A stretch of 43,225 bases of DNA from NCBI GenBank assembly GCA_030753015.1, contig JASMDC010000030.1, positions 1 through 43,225 of the forward strand, given 5' to 3'. Shown here piece after piece: positions 15,646-25,633 of this stretch. The stretch is from Candidatus Undinarchaeales archaeon. GTDB lineage: Archaea; SpSt-1190; JASMDC01. The notes below the pieces were generated by a model. The model was not told where the DNA came from. It did no database searches and saw only the letters and a program-made list of their open reading frames with translations. The stretch's first letter is position 1. Each line of letters begins with the position of its first letter. Both the position numbers and the translations under genes were made by a program.

Positions 15646-18470
15646 CAGCACACCACCCCCTCTAGGTTGCGCCAGTTGCCCGGATTGCCGGAGAGCTGGA
15701 TCCGGCTCGTGTCCGATACCTCGTCACCTGTGTTGTCACGGACCGTCACGACCACATCGAGGGGCATGGCATTCTCGGGTGTCGGACAGAGGCGGATGGC
15801 GGAGAGGTGGAGCCGGACACCGACGCTGGTGGGGTAGACGAATGCTACGGTGTCGCTCACGTCATGCGGTCCGACCCTGACTGAGAAGCTGTCCTTGTTG
15901 ATGGTCTCCCCGCCCTCGAGGTCCATCAAGATGTCCATGTCGAACCCGAGCCCCGCTAGGAGCAGGAACAGAGGCCGCTCGCGTGTCCCCGGTTCAACGC
16001 TGAGGATACGTATCGACAGGGGAACGTGCTCGAGGACGTCGAATTGGGCCCGTGCCTGGCCGGTCCGCCCTAGGTGGTTCACCGCGAAGGTCAGATGGTC
16101 GGCGTCCGTACTATCTCCCTGGATGTACACGACCACGGTCCAGGTACCGGTGTGCCGATCGTAGGTGGCCGATGTCACATCGGCGCGCACCGAGCGTTCC
16201 CCGCCGTCCAGGAGCGTGGTCATGGCCGAAACGGGCACATAGGGCACGTCCGCGCCCTCGGTATCGGTTATGCGCATGCCAAGGCGCACCGTGGCCCCGT
16301 GCTCCACCGCTGTCCGTGATACCCGGCGCGGTGCCACCGAGATCACGTCGATGCCGATCTCGCTCTGCTCAAGGGGGTACCAGACCTCGAAGGGCCGGCG
16401 GACGAGGTGCATGTTATCACCGACAGAGAGCATGAGGAACGCATCGTACCGCCCAGGAGCGAGGGTATGGTTGAAGGCCGTGGAGAATGTCCACTCGTTT
16501 AGGCCGCCGTCGTAGGAGATCCCTGGCAGGGGACCGCCCGTACCGCCCAGGAAGCTGGACGCCTCCAGCTCCTCATGGACGCGCTTGTCGTCCACGTGGT
16601 CGCCCATCTTCACAACTCCGGTCCAGGTCAGGGAAACACCCTCGCTCATGGCATCGGTGCGGACATGGATCGGTTTGAACTCCTTGACCTCGAATGTGAA
16701 CTCTGGTTGCTGGCATCCGGCCAGAGTGCACACCTGGCCAGCCGTACAGGGGGATAGTGCCTGGTCCGACGGATCGAGGCATACGCACGTGCCCGAGCAG
16801 ATCTCGCCTACCTCCACGCACGTGAGGGTCTCCAACCCGCGCTTGGCCACACAGGTGCCGCGCGTACGGATGACTGTGAACGGCGATGTCGAGGCCGATG
16901 GGGACGAGCAGGCAGTGGCGCTCCCCGGCATCGGGAGGCAGGTATCCTGGTACTCGCACACGTCCCGTGGCATGCCGTGCTCGTCGAAACAGAGGCAGAG
17001 GGGGAAGGCTGCGGACGTGGGATGGCATGCCATCCGCGGGCCTATGCAGGGTATATTGGTATCGAGCACGGGGAGGGTGCCCCCAAAGCAGAGGTCGGAG
17101 TGCACGGATCCCTGCCGCGGCCGCCAGTCCACGATCTCTACGGTCTTGACGCCCGTCGCCACGATCTCGCCGCCCTGGTATACCTCCATCTCGATCTCGT
17201 ACATCCCTGGATCGAGCTCATCCTCCAGTTCTATGTCGGCAGGCTCGCAGCCACCGGAGGTCGTTCGGGTCACGACGTTGCCGTCGCTGTCGGTGACAGT
17301 GACCTCGCACAGCTCCCCTTCGCCGGCGGGGAACACCGCGAGGTTCTCGCCCGCAGAGTACACGTCCTTGTCCGTCGTAATCTCTACGGTCCCCTCGCCC
17401 GTATCGGCGAAGGTGAACGCCGCAGTACCGGTGCCCGTGAGCTCGCCACGAGTGGCCCGCACCCGTATCATGTAGTCACCCGGGACCAATCCCGCGGTGC
17501 CCAGTCGTACCCTGTCGCAGGTTGTGAGGTCGAGCTCGTCCCACCGGTGCCCCTCTAGGTTGAGCACAGTCACCTCGCATCGGTCGACCTCGCCTTCAGC
17601 AGAGATGTCTACATCGAAGGACGGGCCGGTGACCGTGGCGGTAGCGATGTTCACAGCGACCGACAGCTGGGCGCGGGAGGCCACAAGGGGCGTGCGCGCG
17701 GAGGAGATGCGAGGGATATCGCCCCATGTGTCGATCGCGATCAATGCCAGCTCGGCACCTTCCTCGACCAGGAGCCCCGTCGTCGGGAGCACGAAGGGCT
17801 CACAGTTCGGGGAGACGGCGCTCAGGGCGGGGCGTGTCTCCCCTGGTTGTATGATGGCGATGATGCAGAGGCTCCCCTGGAGGCGCGGGATATTGAACGC
17901 GTCACCAATGACGAGCGAGCGTGCCAGTTCGGCGACCGACGAGGGGACATCCAGCGGTTGGTCCTGTCCCGATACCGTGAAGGTGGATAGAGTGGGCTGA
18001 TCACGCACGTCCTCAACGATCGCCCGATAGGCGGGGTAATGGATCGAGAGCTCGCGTTCCTCGGCGAGCAGCCCGGGCGCGAGGGTGAACTGTCGGGGCC
18101 GGTACTCATGGGAGAGCCGGACACGTACACCCGCTTCGCCCCAGACATCCTCCCATGCAAGCTCCTCCACGCCGAATATTGGATCATCGTTTACTGTAAA
18201 GATGATCCGTCCTGTGGTAATATCACGCCAAGGTTGGCAATCGGCCGCGGGCGCCGCTATGTTACATCGCGTTCGTAGGTCGGCGTCCGTCAGCACTGCA
18301 GCAGCGCTCGGTTGGAGTTCGAAGGTGACGGTCGCGGTCTGCTTATCGAGGGAGGCGAAGTCCACGTCCTCGGTCACGGAGAAGGCAATCAAGCCAAACG
18401 CGGGGGTCATGACGAGCATGAAAGCGAGGAGCAGGGCCGATGAACGGGACCATCGAGCGACCATTTTCAT
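15645..18470 (-). CDS. Secreted Cys-rich multidomain surface protein
   Basis: Signal peptide RWSRSSALLLAFMLVMTPAFG; Ig-like stretches (TTDKDVYSAGE, PGDYMIRV, PGMYEIE); central Cys-rich region; start ATG 18470 overlaps the upstream stop (ATGA). Confidence 0.8.
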   Translation of the reverse strand: MKMVARWSRSSALLLAFMLVMTPAFGLIAFSVTEDVDFASLDKQTATVTFELQPSAAAVLTDADLRTRCNIAAPAADCQPWRDITTGRIIFTVNDDPIFGVEELAWEDVWGEAGVRVRLSHEYRPRQFTLAPGLLAEERELSIHYPAYRAIVEDVRDQPTLSTFTVSGQDQPLDVPSSVAELARSLVIGDAFNIPRLQGSLCIIAIIQPGETRPALSAVSPNCEPFVLPTTGLLVEEGAELALIAIDTWGDIPRISSARTPLVASRAQLSVAVNIATATVTGPSFDVDISAEGEVDRCEVTVLNLEGHRWDELDLTTCDRVRLGTAGLVPGDYMIRVRATRGELTGTGTAAFTFADTGEGTVEITTDKDVYSAGENLAVFPAGEGELCEVTVTDSDGNVVTRTTSGGCEPADIELEDELDPGMYEIEMEVYQGGEIVATGVKTVEIVDWRPRQGSVHSDLCFGGTLPVLDTNIPCIGPRMACHPTSAAFPLCLCFDEHGMPRDVCEYQDTCLPMPGSATACSSPSASTSPFTVIRTRGTCVAKRGLETLTCVEVGEICSGTCVCLDPSDQALSPCTAGQVCTLAGCQQPEFTFEVKEFKPIHVRTDAMSEGVSLTWTGVVKMGDHVDDKRVHEELEASSFLGGTGGPLPGISYDGGLNEWTFSTAFNHTLAPGRYDAFLMLSVGDNMHLVRRPFEVWYPLEQSEIGIDVISVAPRRVSRTAVEHGATVRLGMRITDTEGADVPYVPVSAMTTLLDGGERSVRADVTSATYDRHTGTWTVVVYIQGDSTDADHLTFAVNHLGRTGQARAQFDVLEHVPLSIRILSVEPGTRERPLFLLLAGLGFDMDILMDLEGGETINKDSFSVRVGPHDVSDTVAFVYPTSVGVRLHLSAIRLCPTPENAMPLDVVVTVRDNTGDEVSDTSRIQLSGNPGNWRNLEGVVC

Positions 18471-21400
18471 CTCCTCCGTGGTGCGCAGGTGCAGCCACAT
18501 GACCTCGTCTCGAGAGTGCAGTCGTTATTGTCTATATGGAGCTCGCAGGTGGAGAGGCAATCCTCGCACACCACTTCGAGGCGGCAACCTCCCAAGTCGA
18601 AGGTGGCGTCGATGGTCTGACGCGCGGTGTCGTCGAACTCTATCTCCTTTTCCTGGATGACCCGTGCGTTGGGGAATAGGGTGGGATCGGCGTCATCGTC
18701 GATCCATAAGGAGCCGTCCCCGTCCGTAGCGGTGACGTGCAGTCCCATGGCGGAACCACCCTCGGGATCGCCGAAAGCTCCGAACACCGACGAGCGGAGA
18801 GTGACGGTACCCCCTCGTGCCAGCTCCGATAGGTCCTGCTGCACCAGTCCACCGATAACGTCCATGCCGTCCTCCAACCGCGGTGCTACCTCGACGCTCC
18901 CTGAGAACGGGACGTGCGCGAGGTTCCTGACATCTATCTCGAACGACACGGGTTGGCGCAGCACCGCCGTGGTGATAGGCCTACCGTCGGCATCACGGAA
19001 CACGGCCTCGGCGATCCTGAGCTGGGGCCGCTTCACCTCGAGGTAGGCCCGGGGGTAGCCGAGCATGACGCGGGAGCGCTCCCCGACGCACCAAGAGGTC
19101 ATGACGCGACCGGTGCACCGCTCCGGATCGAACCCCTGCTCGTCCAGCACCGTGTCCAAGAGCACGCTCCCGTCACCGCCGGTGACGCGGACGCCAATAT
19201 GGAGCACCCAGCCGAGCAGATCGCCCGTGAGCTGGAACGGCGCCGTCTCCACCACCAACTCCTCACCGGGGGCGTCGATCGTCCTGGCAGCGCGCGTCCC
19301 CGCGAGCTCCTGGGACGCGCCGATGACCGCGTACGTCTCCACGGATACAGGGAACATCTGTGTCGTCACGACCAACCGGCCGACGACCTCCATACCGGGG
19401 TTGCCGTCGGTGACCTCCTCGTCGCTGTCCGTGGACACGAAGGCGCCGTGGGTCACACTCACCTCGCCCATCTCGACAACGTGCGTCAGCGGCCCCGCTG
19501 CCGTGGCCACGCCCTCCCCCTCGTCGTCGACGACGTCCAGCTCCAGCTGGACGGTTGCATTGGCCATCCACGGTTCCAGCTGGATGGGGTCGGAGATATA
19601 GGCCCACGAGTCGCCGGGCGCCAGCGGTCGGATGGGGACGTCCCGCAGCTCGATGACCTCTTCCTCGCATGCACACCCGCACTCATACGTGTCAGGACAT
19701 GGCGGGCAGTCGCACTCGCCGATGACCCTGAGCCGGGCGACCGCACGTCCCGTGAAGGAGTAGTCACCCGTGTTGTTCACCACGGCGCGGACCCGGACGC
19801 TCTCGTTGGCATAGAATGTACGGGTCTCCTCTGAGCCGCGGAGAAGCGCCACTTCCGATACGGTGACCTCCGGCGACACGGCTTTGCAGAGCTTGGCACA
19901 CTCCTTCTCGTTCCCGCCCGAGCTCGTGCAGTTCTCCATGCACGCGATGGTGGCATTGGCGGGATCACACCCCTTGAAACATCCATCCCGGGCGTTCCGG
20001 TCCTCCGGGAAGCGTATCCCGCAGTCGGTCACGCACGCAGGATCGCGCCCGCAATCGACGAGGCATGTGTGTTGGATGTCGACGTCGTCCTCGCCCAGGC
20101 AGCGCTCCTCGCAGGCGACCTGCACATCGTCGCACTTCCGCATGCACGTCCGGGCGTCGCCCGAACCGGCCCCGAACTTGATGACACACCCCTCCTCGCA
20201 GATGATGTCCGTCTCGCCGTCGCCAAGGCCCACGCACGCCTCCAGACATGGACGAAGGAGGACCGGGTCAGGCCGCTCGCGCGCGCATGTGTCCTCGCAC
20301 GTCGAGTTGCTCGGATCGCAGGTACGCATGCAGTCAAGGGCCCCGCGAACATCGGTCTCGTTGCCCGCAAGGCAGTCCCGCTTGCACTCGAGTGTATCGT
20401 TGAGCTCATCCTCGGGCTCAGGTGTGGGCGTCGGCATCACCGAGGGCATCGGTGTGGGGCTGACCGTTGCGTTGGGCGTGGGGCTGGGGGTGACGGTGGC
20501 GTTGGGTGTCGGTGAGGGGGTAGGCGACGGTGTCGGTGTGGGCGTCGCGGTGACGTTCCCCATATTGCACTTCTTGATGCACTTACGTGCTGCCGTGCTG
20601 TTGTCCTTGTGCTGGTCCAGGCACGCTTCATCGCACGGCACCTCGCGTGGCTCGCACTCGATCTTGCCCACCGGACGTTCGGTCAATCCCTCAAGGCAGC
20701 ACAGTCCCGTTTCGGACGTCGTCCCCACGCACACGTCGTAGGTCATGCCCGCAGCCCCGTACGGCGACTGGCACACGCTCGCCCCGCTCGTGGGCCCGGA
20801 CATGGGCTGATAGCTGGACCGGGCAGGGGGTACTGCTCCTAGCTGTCCTGCGGTCCCTTCCGTCCCCTCCGGCGCACAGCACTGCCGGGCAAGCTCCAGC
20901 GCCTCTTGGTCCCAGTTGATGGGGCAGTTCATGTCGATGAGATGGTGCCCGCTCCCAGTATGACACACGCACAGGCTGAGCTCGGGGTGACAGTGGGATC
21001 CAGTCGTTCCGAAGCAGAGCTGGCACGCCTCCTGGCACTGCCCCGGGGACAACTGCGCATCATTAGGAGCTGTCGGCGGGCGACGCGTTTTATACCTGAA
21101 GCAGTCCTGCATGTCCATGAAGAGCTTGTCCGGATCGAGGCGCGCCAGGTTCATGAGCGCGGCGACGTGGCCGGACGACCAGGCGTCCACGTTCACGTCC
21201 AGAAGCTCGACGCCTTCCTCCAGCTCGGACTCGCATCTTCCCGTCGGACGACCGCACCCGGCGACCGGTGCATCGCTGGTGATCCGCCTGACGAGTTGTC
21301 GGAGCTCCGGGACACCCTTACTCCCTCCCGAGGAGCTGGACGAACCACCGGCCGCCCGCTCCTTTGCGACGGTCGTCCGGTCCTTGACGTTGTACCGCCC

Positions 21401-24130
21401 GCAGAAGTCACCCCAGACGCCCGAACCACGGTAGCTGACATTCGCGCTGAGCAGTTCGTTGGAGACGATTATGCCGACATCATCCCTGTCACCGTTCTGG
21501 CCGGTAGAGCTGTCGTCCACATCGTATCGCCGATTGCTCGACATGGGGACGTTGAGGGATATGGGCCCGATATTGACGCCGGTGTACCCGATGGAGTCGC
21601 TGTTGCGCGCCATGCCGGGGGTCGATACATCACGGATGAGGGGATCGCCGGCGAGGGTGACGAGGGCCGTCAGCTCGTACTGGAACTCGGTAACCGAATT
21701 ACCTCCCTGCCCTCCCTTCTCCAGCATGCCCACGAGGTCGTTCACGTGCTGCTCGAGCCCGGGGGGCGGGGCGCCGGTCCGCATCGAGCTGCGCACGTCC
21801 CCGGCCAGCAGGCGGAGCTGGCGGGCCACGGCAGAGATTGCGGCTGTGCGCTGGTCGAGAGCGGCCTGGCCCCTGCCCGTGCGCTCGGCCATCGTGCATG
21901 GATCGAGAGTGATGCCGCCGAGGACGTCCGAACTGCCCACGGCGCATGCGTCCCAGAGATCGGACATCGCCCGCTGACAGGCAAGGAGCATAGAAGGCGC
22001 GGTGATGACCGAACGGGCCGATGCGGCGACGACGGTCGCGTTGGCGATCTTGCAGTCACCATTACACTTGGAGGGACAGGTCGCTTTCTCGCGTATACAG
22101 CAATCGCCCTCCTCACCGGGTTTGACGACGCATTCGTAGGTGCCCTTCTCCTCGTCCTTCTTGAACCGCAGGACCTCGCCGCACGCATCCTTCGTATCGC
22201 ACTTCTCGCCCTCGGACGGATCACCGATCTCGCATGCTGACGCGAACGCGCAGGGAACGGCCGCGCAGAGCGGGCATTCTGCGGCCTCCTCGACGGATTT
22301 GCTCTCTTTTAGCTCCGGTGCCGAGCCCGTGGAGTGCTGGAAGGCGGGACCGCCGCTGCCCGGTGTGCCCCCGATATCCCGGCAAGCCTGCTCGAACCGC
22401 TCCTGAACGAGTTCCGGGTAGTATGGCCCGTGACCCCTCTTCCGGCAGTAGTAGTTCGCGTTGTTCCACTTGGTACCGGCACCGTAGTACTTCTCACACG
22501 AGCGCATCATGGAGTCGAATGACGAGGCGCCTCCCTTGCGGTAGTTGATCGCGGTCTCCATAGCACCCATGCCGCGGTTGTAACCGAACTGGACAAAGGA
22601 GAGGGCCTCACTGCTCGACGCACCCAACGAACCGGCCTTGTTCAGGTTCGCAGCAAGTTCCTTGAGCCCCAGGTCGATGCCAAGGTCGGCGTTCCCCTTG
22701 CACGCACAGTACAGCGGGGAGCTCTTGTCCACGCGGCATGGATGGTCGACCTGCATGATACCGCCGCAATTTACGCTTGGATTGCACGAGGACTCCTGCA
22801 TCATGAGGGCCGCGATCTGGAGCGGGTCCACGCGTCCGTTCAATCCGTGCTTCGCCATATAGCGCTCGACGGTCTTCATGTAAGGAGCGCACGCGCCCAA
22901 GCTGCTCGAGCCGAGCTTGCCCATGTCGCCGCCCTGGCATCCGAAGGCGCCCTGTTCACCCTCTGAAGGGTCCTCGGTCTGGCCAGCCGTGGAACCCCCC
23001 CCGCCAGAGTAGTAGGCCTTGATGTCCAGAGGGTCCATGTATTGCCCTGGACCTTGTGGGCGTGCGATGAGGATAGCGAAGTGGAGGTGCGGCACCTTGT
23101 TCCCGAGCCCGACGGCACCCAGGTTCGTACCTGCAGTGACGTGTTTGCCACCGCTCCCGTCCGGGACGTGGAACGCAAGGCTCTTCATGTGCGTGTACCA
23201 GGCGAAATAGTACGTTTTGCCCTTGTACTTGAGCGGCTTGTCGAACTTGAGGAGTACGCTGTTGGGCGTGTCCGGTGGTGTGGTCCACTTCGTGTGACCG
23301 CGCTCGCTGTAAACGAGGGTACCGTCTGCGACGGCGTAGGTCGCGGTGCCCGCGGGGACGTGGATATCGATGCCCCGGTGTCGCCCCGCTGCGCCGTAGG
23401 TCTTCCATTGCGATTGACTCGTCCCCCGGAGCGGTTCGACGAGCTTGCCGCCCCCTGAACCGGACTGCGTGCTTTCGCCATCACCAGTGCCTGTGCCCGT
23501 ACCCTGGTCGGCCCCACTCCCGGAGCCGCTCCCGGTCGCCTCGTCCTCACCGCCACCGACCTCTCGCCCTTCGTCGGGACGACACTCATCGAGCCCCTTC
23601 ACCTCGCATCTTCGCCCCGCGGCCTGGTCGCAGAGCGCGGGTCCGAGGCCCTCGCTGGCGACCTTCATCGCCGTGAGCCCCTCCCCGCCAAGACGGGGAT
23701 CGCAACTGTCCAGTCCGAGCCCTTTTACCTGCTCGATGGCCTTGTTGCAGATCCAACACTGCTGGATGAACCCATCCTGTGCAACTACCATGTTAGTGGA
23801 GATTGTGGAGTAGTGTTGCACCATCTGCTCGTACGCGCCGGCCATGGCGTCGAGGTAGTCGGCCATGTTGTCGAACTCCTGGCCGGTGCAGGGGATAGCG
23901 AGATTGGAGATGTACGGCGCACTCGCACCCGAACTGCCGATGGCGTCGAGCGCTAGACCGCCGATCTCGGTGGTTTCCACCTCCTCCACGCCGTCCTTGG
24001 CTTTCTTGAGCTCCCCCTGCGCGTATCCGTCCTCGATATCCAGGCGCTGGTCTCCGGCGATGACCGAGGCTAGCACCAGGGCGAGCACGAGGAGGACACA
24101 TAGGGCTGATGACCGTTTCATAATCCCCAC
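18467..24130 (-). CDS. Giant secreted protein: M23 peptidase + lytic transglycosylase-like domain + Cys-rich repeats + Pro/Thr linker + CARDB/Ig-like domains
   Basis: Signal peptide; HRGIDIH...YTHM...PHLHF (M23); IAALMMQESS.NP...GIMQV...YNRG (SLT/lysozyme-like); many CxxxC pairs; VRAVVNNTG (CARDB-like). Confidence 0.85.
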   Translation of the reverse strand: MGIMKRSSALCVLLVLALVLASVIAGDQRLDIEDGYAQGELKKAKDGVEEVETTEIGGLALDAIGSSGASAPYISNLAIPCTGQEFDNMADYLDAMAGAYEQMVQHYSTISTNMVVAQDGFIQQCWICNKAIEQVKGLGLDSCDPRLGGEGLTAMKVASEGLGPALCDQAAGRRCEVKGLDECRPDEGREVGGGEDEATGSGSGSGADQGTGTGTGDGESTQSGSGGGKLVEPLRGTSQSQWKTYGAAGRHRGIDIHVPAGTATYAVADGTLVYSERGHTKWTTPPDTPNSVLLKFDKPLKYKGKTYYFAWYTHMKSLAFHVPDGSGGKHVTAGTNLGAVGLGNKVPHLHFAILIARPQGPGQYMDPLDIKAYYSGGGGSTAGQTEDPSEGEQGAFGCQGGDMGKLGSSSLGACAPYMKTVERYMAKHGLNGRVDPLQIAALMMQESSCNPSVNCGGIMQVDHPCRVDKSSPLYCACKGNADLGIDLGLKELAANLNKAGSLGASSSEALSFVQFGYNRGMGAMETAINYRKGGASSFDSMMRSCEKYYGAGTKWNNANYYCRKRGHGPYYPELVQERFEQACRDIGGTPGSGGPAFQHSTGSAPELKESKSVEEAAECPLCAAVPCAFASACEIGDPSEGEKCDTKDACGEVLRFKKDEEKGTYECVVKPGEEGDCCIREKATCPSKCNGDCKIANATVVAASARSVITAPSMLLACQRAMSDLWDACAVGSSDVLGGITLDPCTMAERTGRGQAALDQRTAAISAVARQLRLLAGDVRSSMRTGAPPPGLEQHVNDLVGMLEKGGQGGNSVTEFQYELTALVTLAGDPLIRDVSTPGMARNSDSIGYTGVNIGPISLNVPMSSNRRYDVDDSSTGQNGDRDDVGIIVSNELLSANVSYRGSGVWGDFCGRYNVKDRTTVAKERAAGGSSSSSGGSKGVPELRQLVRRITSDAPVAGCGRPTGRCESELEEGVELLDVNVDAWSSGHVAALMNLARLDPDKLFMDMQDCFRYKTRRPPTAPNDAQLSPGQCQEACQLCFGTTGSHCHPELSLCVCHTGSGHHLIDMNCPINWDQEALELARQCCAPEGTEGTAGQLGAVPPARSSYQPMSGPTSGASVCQSPYGAAGMTYDVCVGTTSETGLCCLEGLTERPVGKIECEPREVPCDEACLDQHKDNSTAARKCIKKCNMGNVTATPTPTPSPTPSPTPNATVTPSPTPNATVSPTPMPSVMPTPTPEPEDELNDTLECKRDCLAGNETDVRGALDCMRTCDPSNSTCEDTCARERPDPVLLRPCLEACVGLGDGETDIICEEGCVIKFGAGSGDARTCMRKCDDVQVACEERCLGEDDVDIQHTCLVDCGRDPACVTDCGIRFPEDRNARDGCFKGCDPANATIACMENCTSSGGNEKECAKLCKAVSPEVTVSEVALLRGSEETRTFYANESVRVRAVVNNTGDYSFTGRAVARLRVIGECDCPPCPDTYECGCACEEEVIELRDVPIRPLAPGDSWAYISDPIQLEPWMANATVQLELDVVDDEGEGVATAAGPLTHVVEMGEVSVTHGAFVSTDSDEEVTDGNPGMEVVGRLVVTTQMFPVSVETYAVIGASQELAGTRAARTIDAPGEELVVETAPFQLTGDLLGWVLHIGVRVTGGDGSVLLDTVLDEQGFDPERCTGRVMTSWCVGERSRVMLGYPRAYLEVKRPQLRIAEAVFRDADGRPITTAVLRQPVSFEIDVRNLAHVPFSGSVEVAPRLEDGMDVIGGLVQQDLSELARGGTVTLRSSVFGAFGDPEGGSAMGLHVTATDGDGSLWIDDDADPTLFPNARVIQEKEIEFDDTARQTIDATFDLGGCRLEVVCEDCLSTCELHIDNNDCTLETRSCGCTCAPRRR
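20410..20555 (-). repeat. Pro/Thr-rich low-complexity linker inside the giant protein
   Basis: NVTATPTPTPSPTPSPTPNATVTPSPTPNATVSPTPMPSVMPTPTPEP. Confidence 0.85.
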
Positions 24131-24320
24131 CTTCCCATAGCTATACCTATCACTTAGGCCCCCCGAGTCGTGCTATCTTTATACACCTGATGCCCGCCCA
24201 AGATGCCAAGTGACACGGCTGCCGAGAGCACCATCGATACGGTATGCGACCATATCTCCCCTATAGTATAATGTCTCAGATGCTCGAAGTGTCTATCGAT
24301 GGGAAGTGGATGGATCCGCC

Positions 24321-25625
24321 TCACACTTCCTTGAACCTTGCTGAGAAAGAAGCGTCCTCGCCCGAGATATTGGTGACCGCCAGCCAGAGCGTCCCGTCCT
24401 CGTGTATATCGATGTCCGTTGCTCCACCGTTGAGCGTGTCCGCCACCAGAGTAGGTCCCGATGACCCCACCATAGCAGCGCGCAACCGGAGCCCGTCGGA
24501 CGAACCGCTCTCAACCCTCACTGTGCGCCCCGCGGTGACCTGGGCCTTCATGAACGACATCCCTCCGCGCCCGGACACATCGGCATAGCAGGTCAGTCCA
24601 TCGGAGAGCTCGGTCGCCTTCACCTCACCTATGTCTAGCCGCTCGAACGCGTACATCCCCCCCTCGAACGAGGTGTCGTTCACCGCGATGGCCAGGCCCA
24701 GGTCGGCGAACACGGTGTCGAGGTCGAGGGAGGGGTTCAGACCCCCGAGCCTCGCGTCCAGCGAGTCCTTCCCGTGCAGTGGATCGGCCGTGAGGTCCTT
24801 GATGAAGCTGTCACCGAACCTCTCCCAGAGGTAGTCGCCGAAGAGCATGTAGAGGCCGTAGTGCCCCCGACCGATCTTGTCCGGGATAAGAGCGTGGGAG
24901 GGGTCGCGCAACCAGGTATCGACCCAGCGTTCGTCCGCACCGTAGCCGGTGAGCACCATCGCCACCTCGCTCATGGCCTCGTTGAGCCAGTTCTCCTCAT
25001 CCCGATCGTGGCCCCAATGGATGAGGTGCTGAAGCTCGTGGGCCTGTACGGAGAGCATGTAATCGGAGTCGGGAGCGTAATGGAGCGTGTTGATGTGTAG
25101 GGTCTCATGTCGGTTGGACACAGGGACGTCGAGCTGGTCCTCGACCTTGAAGTAGCCGTCGAAGCTGTGCCCGCGGTACCCCTCCATCTCGTACAGGAAG
25201 AGGTAGACCTTCGGATCGTTGTCGAACTCGTCCGGTGGGTCGCCGAACAGGCCCGTGACCTGGTCGTAGAGACCGTGCTCGGGATCGGAAGGTGTCCCTT
25301 CGTCCCAGGCCCTGATTAGGTTGGCCACCGTCCCCTCGTCAACGGAGTGGCCCCAGGCCGCGTCCTCGACGACGACGTACACGTTCCTCCCCTCACCGCG
25401 CACACTGGCCGCGATCTGCTCGTCCCGGGGGGGCATCACCGACAGGTCCCACACCCACCACATGTCGGTTGCGGGGCCGTACGGTCCCGGGACCGTGACA
25501 TCGTGGTCCGCATAGGCCGGAGGGTACTGGCAGAGGGGTCGGTGGGCCGTTGAGTATACCGGGGCTTGGTCCTCGAGCTCAGGAATGTATTCCGCGACCT
25601 CTTCGACGGGACCTGCGTCTTCCAT
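24321..25625 (-). CDS. Zinc metalloprotease (M30/hyicolysin-like gluzincin)
   Basis: FGDPPDEFDNDPKVYL, DGYF, AHELQHLIH, WLNEAMSE. Start ATG 25625 or GTG 25637 (GTGA overlap); no signal peptide visible. Confidence 0.82.
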   Translation of the reverse strand: MEDAGPVEEVAEYIPELEDQAPVYSTAHRPLCQYPPAYADHDVTVPGPYGPATDMWWVWDLSVMPPRDEQIAASVRGEGRNVYVVVEDAAWGHSVDEGTVANLIRAWDEGTPSDPEHGLYDQVTGLFGDPPDEFDNDPKVYLFLYEMEGYRGHSFDGYFKVEDQLDVPVSNRHETLHINTLHYAPDSDYMLSVQAHELQHLIHWGHDRDEENWLNEAMSEVAMVLTGYGADERWVDTWLRDPSHALIPDKIGRGHYGLYMLFGDYLWERFGDSFIKDLTADPLHGKDSLDARLGGLNPSLDLDTVFADLGLAIAVNDTSFEGGMYAFERLDIGEVKATELSDGLTCYADVSGRGGMSFMKAQVTAGRTVRVESGSSDGLRLRAAMVGSSGPTLVADTLNGGATDIDIHEDGTLWLAVTNISGEDASFSARFKEV

Positions 25626-25633
25626 CGGGCCGC

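Noticed and set aside
17497-22240. Plus-strand ORFs opposite the giant protein and its neighbour (e.g. 20906..22240, 18914..19834)
   Set aside because: Fully overlap well-supported minus-strand genes; compositionally typical shadow frames.
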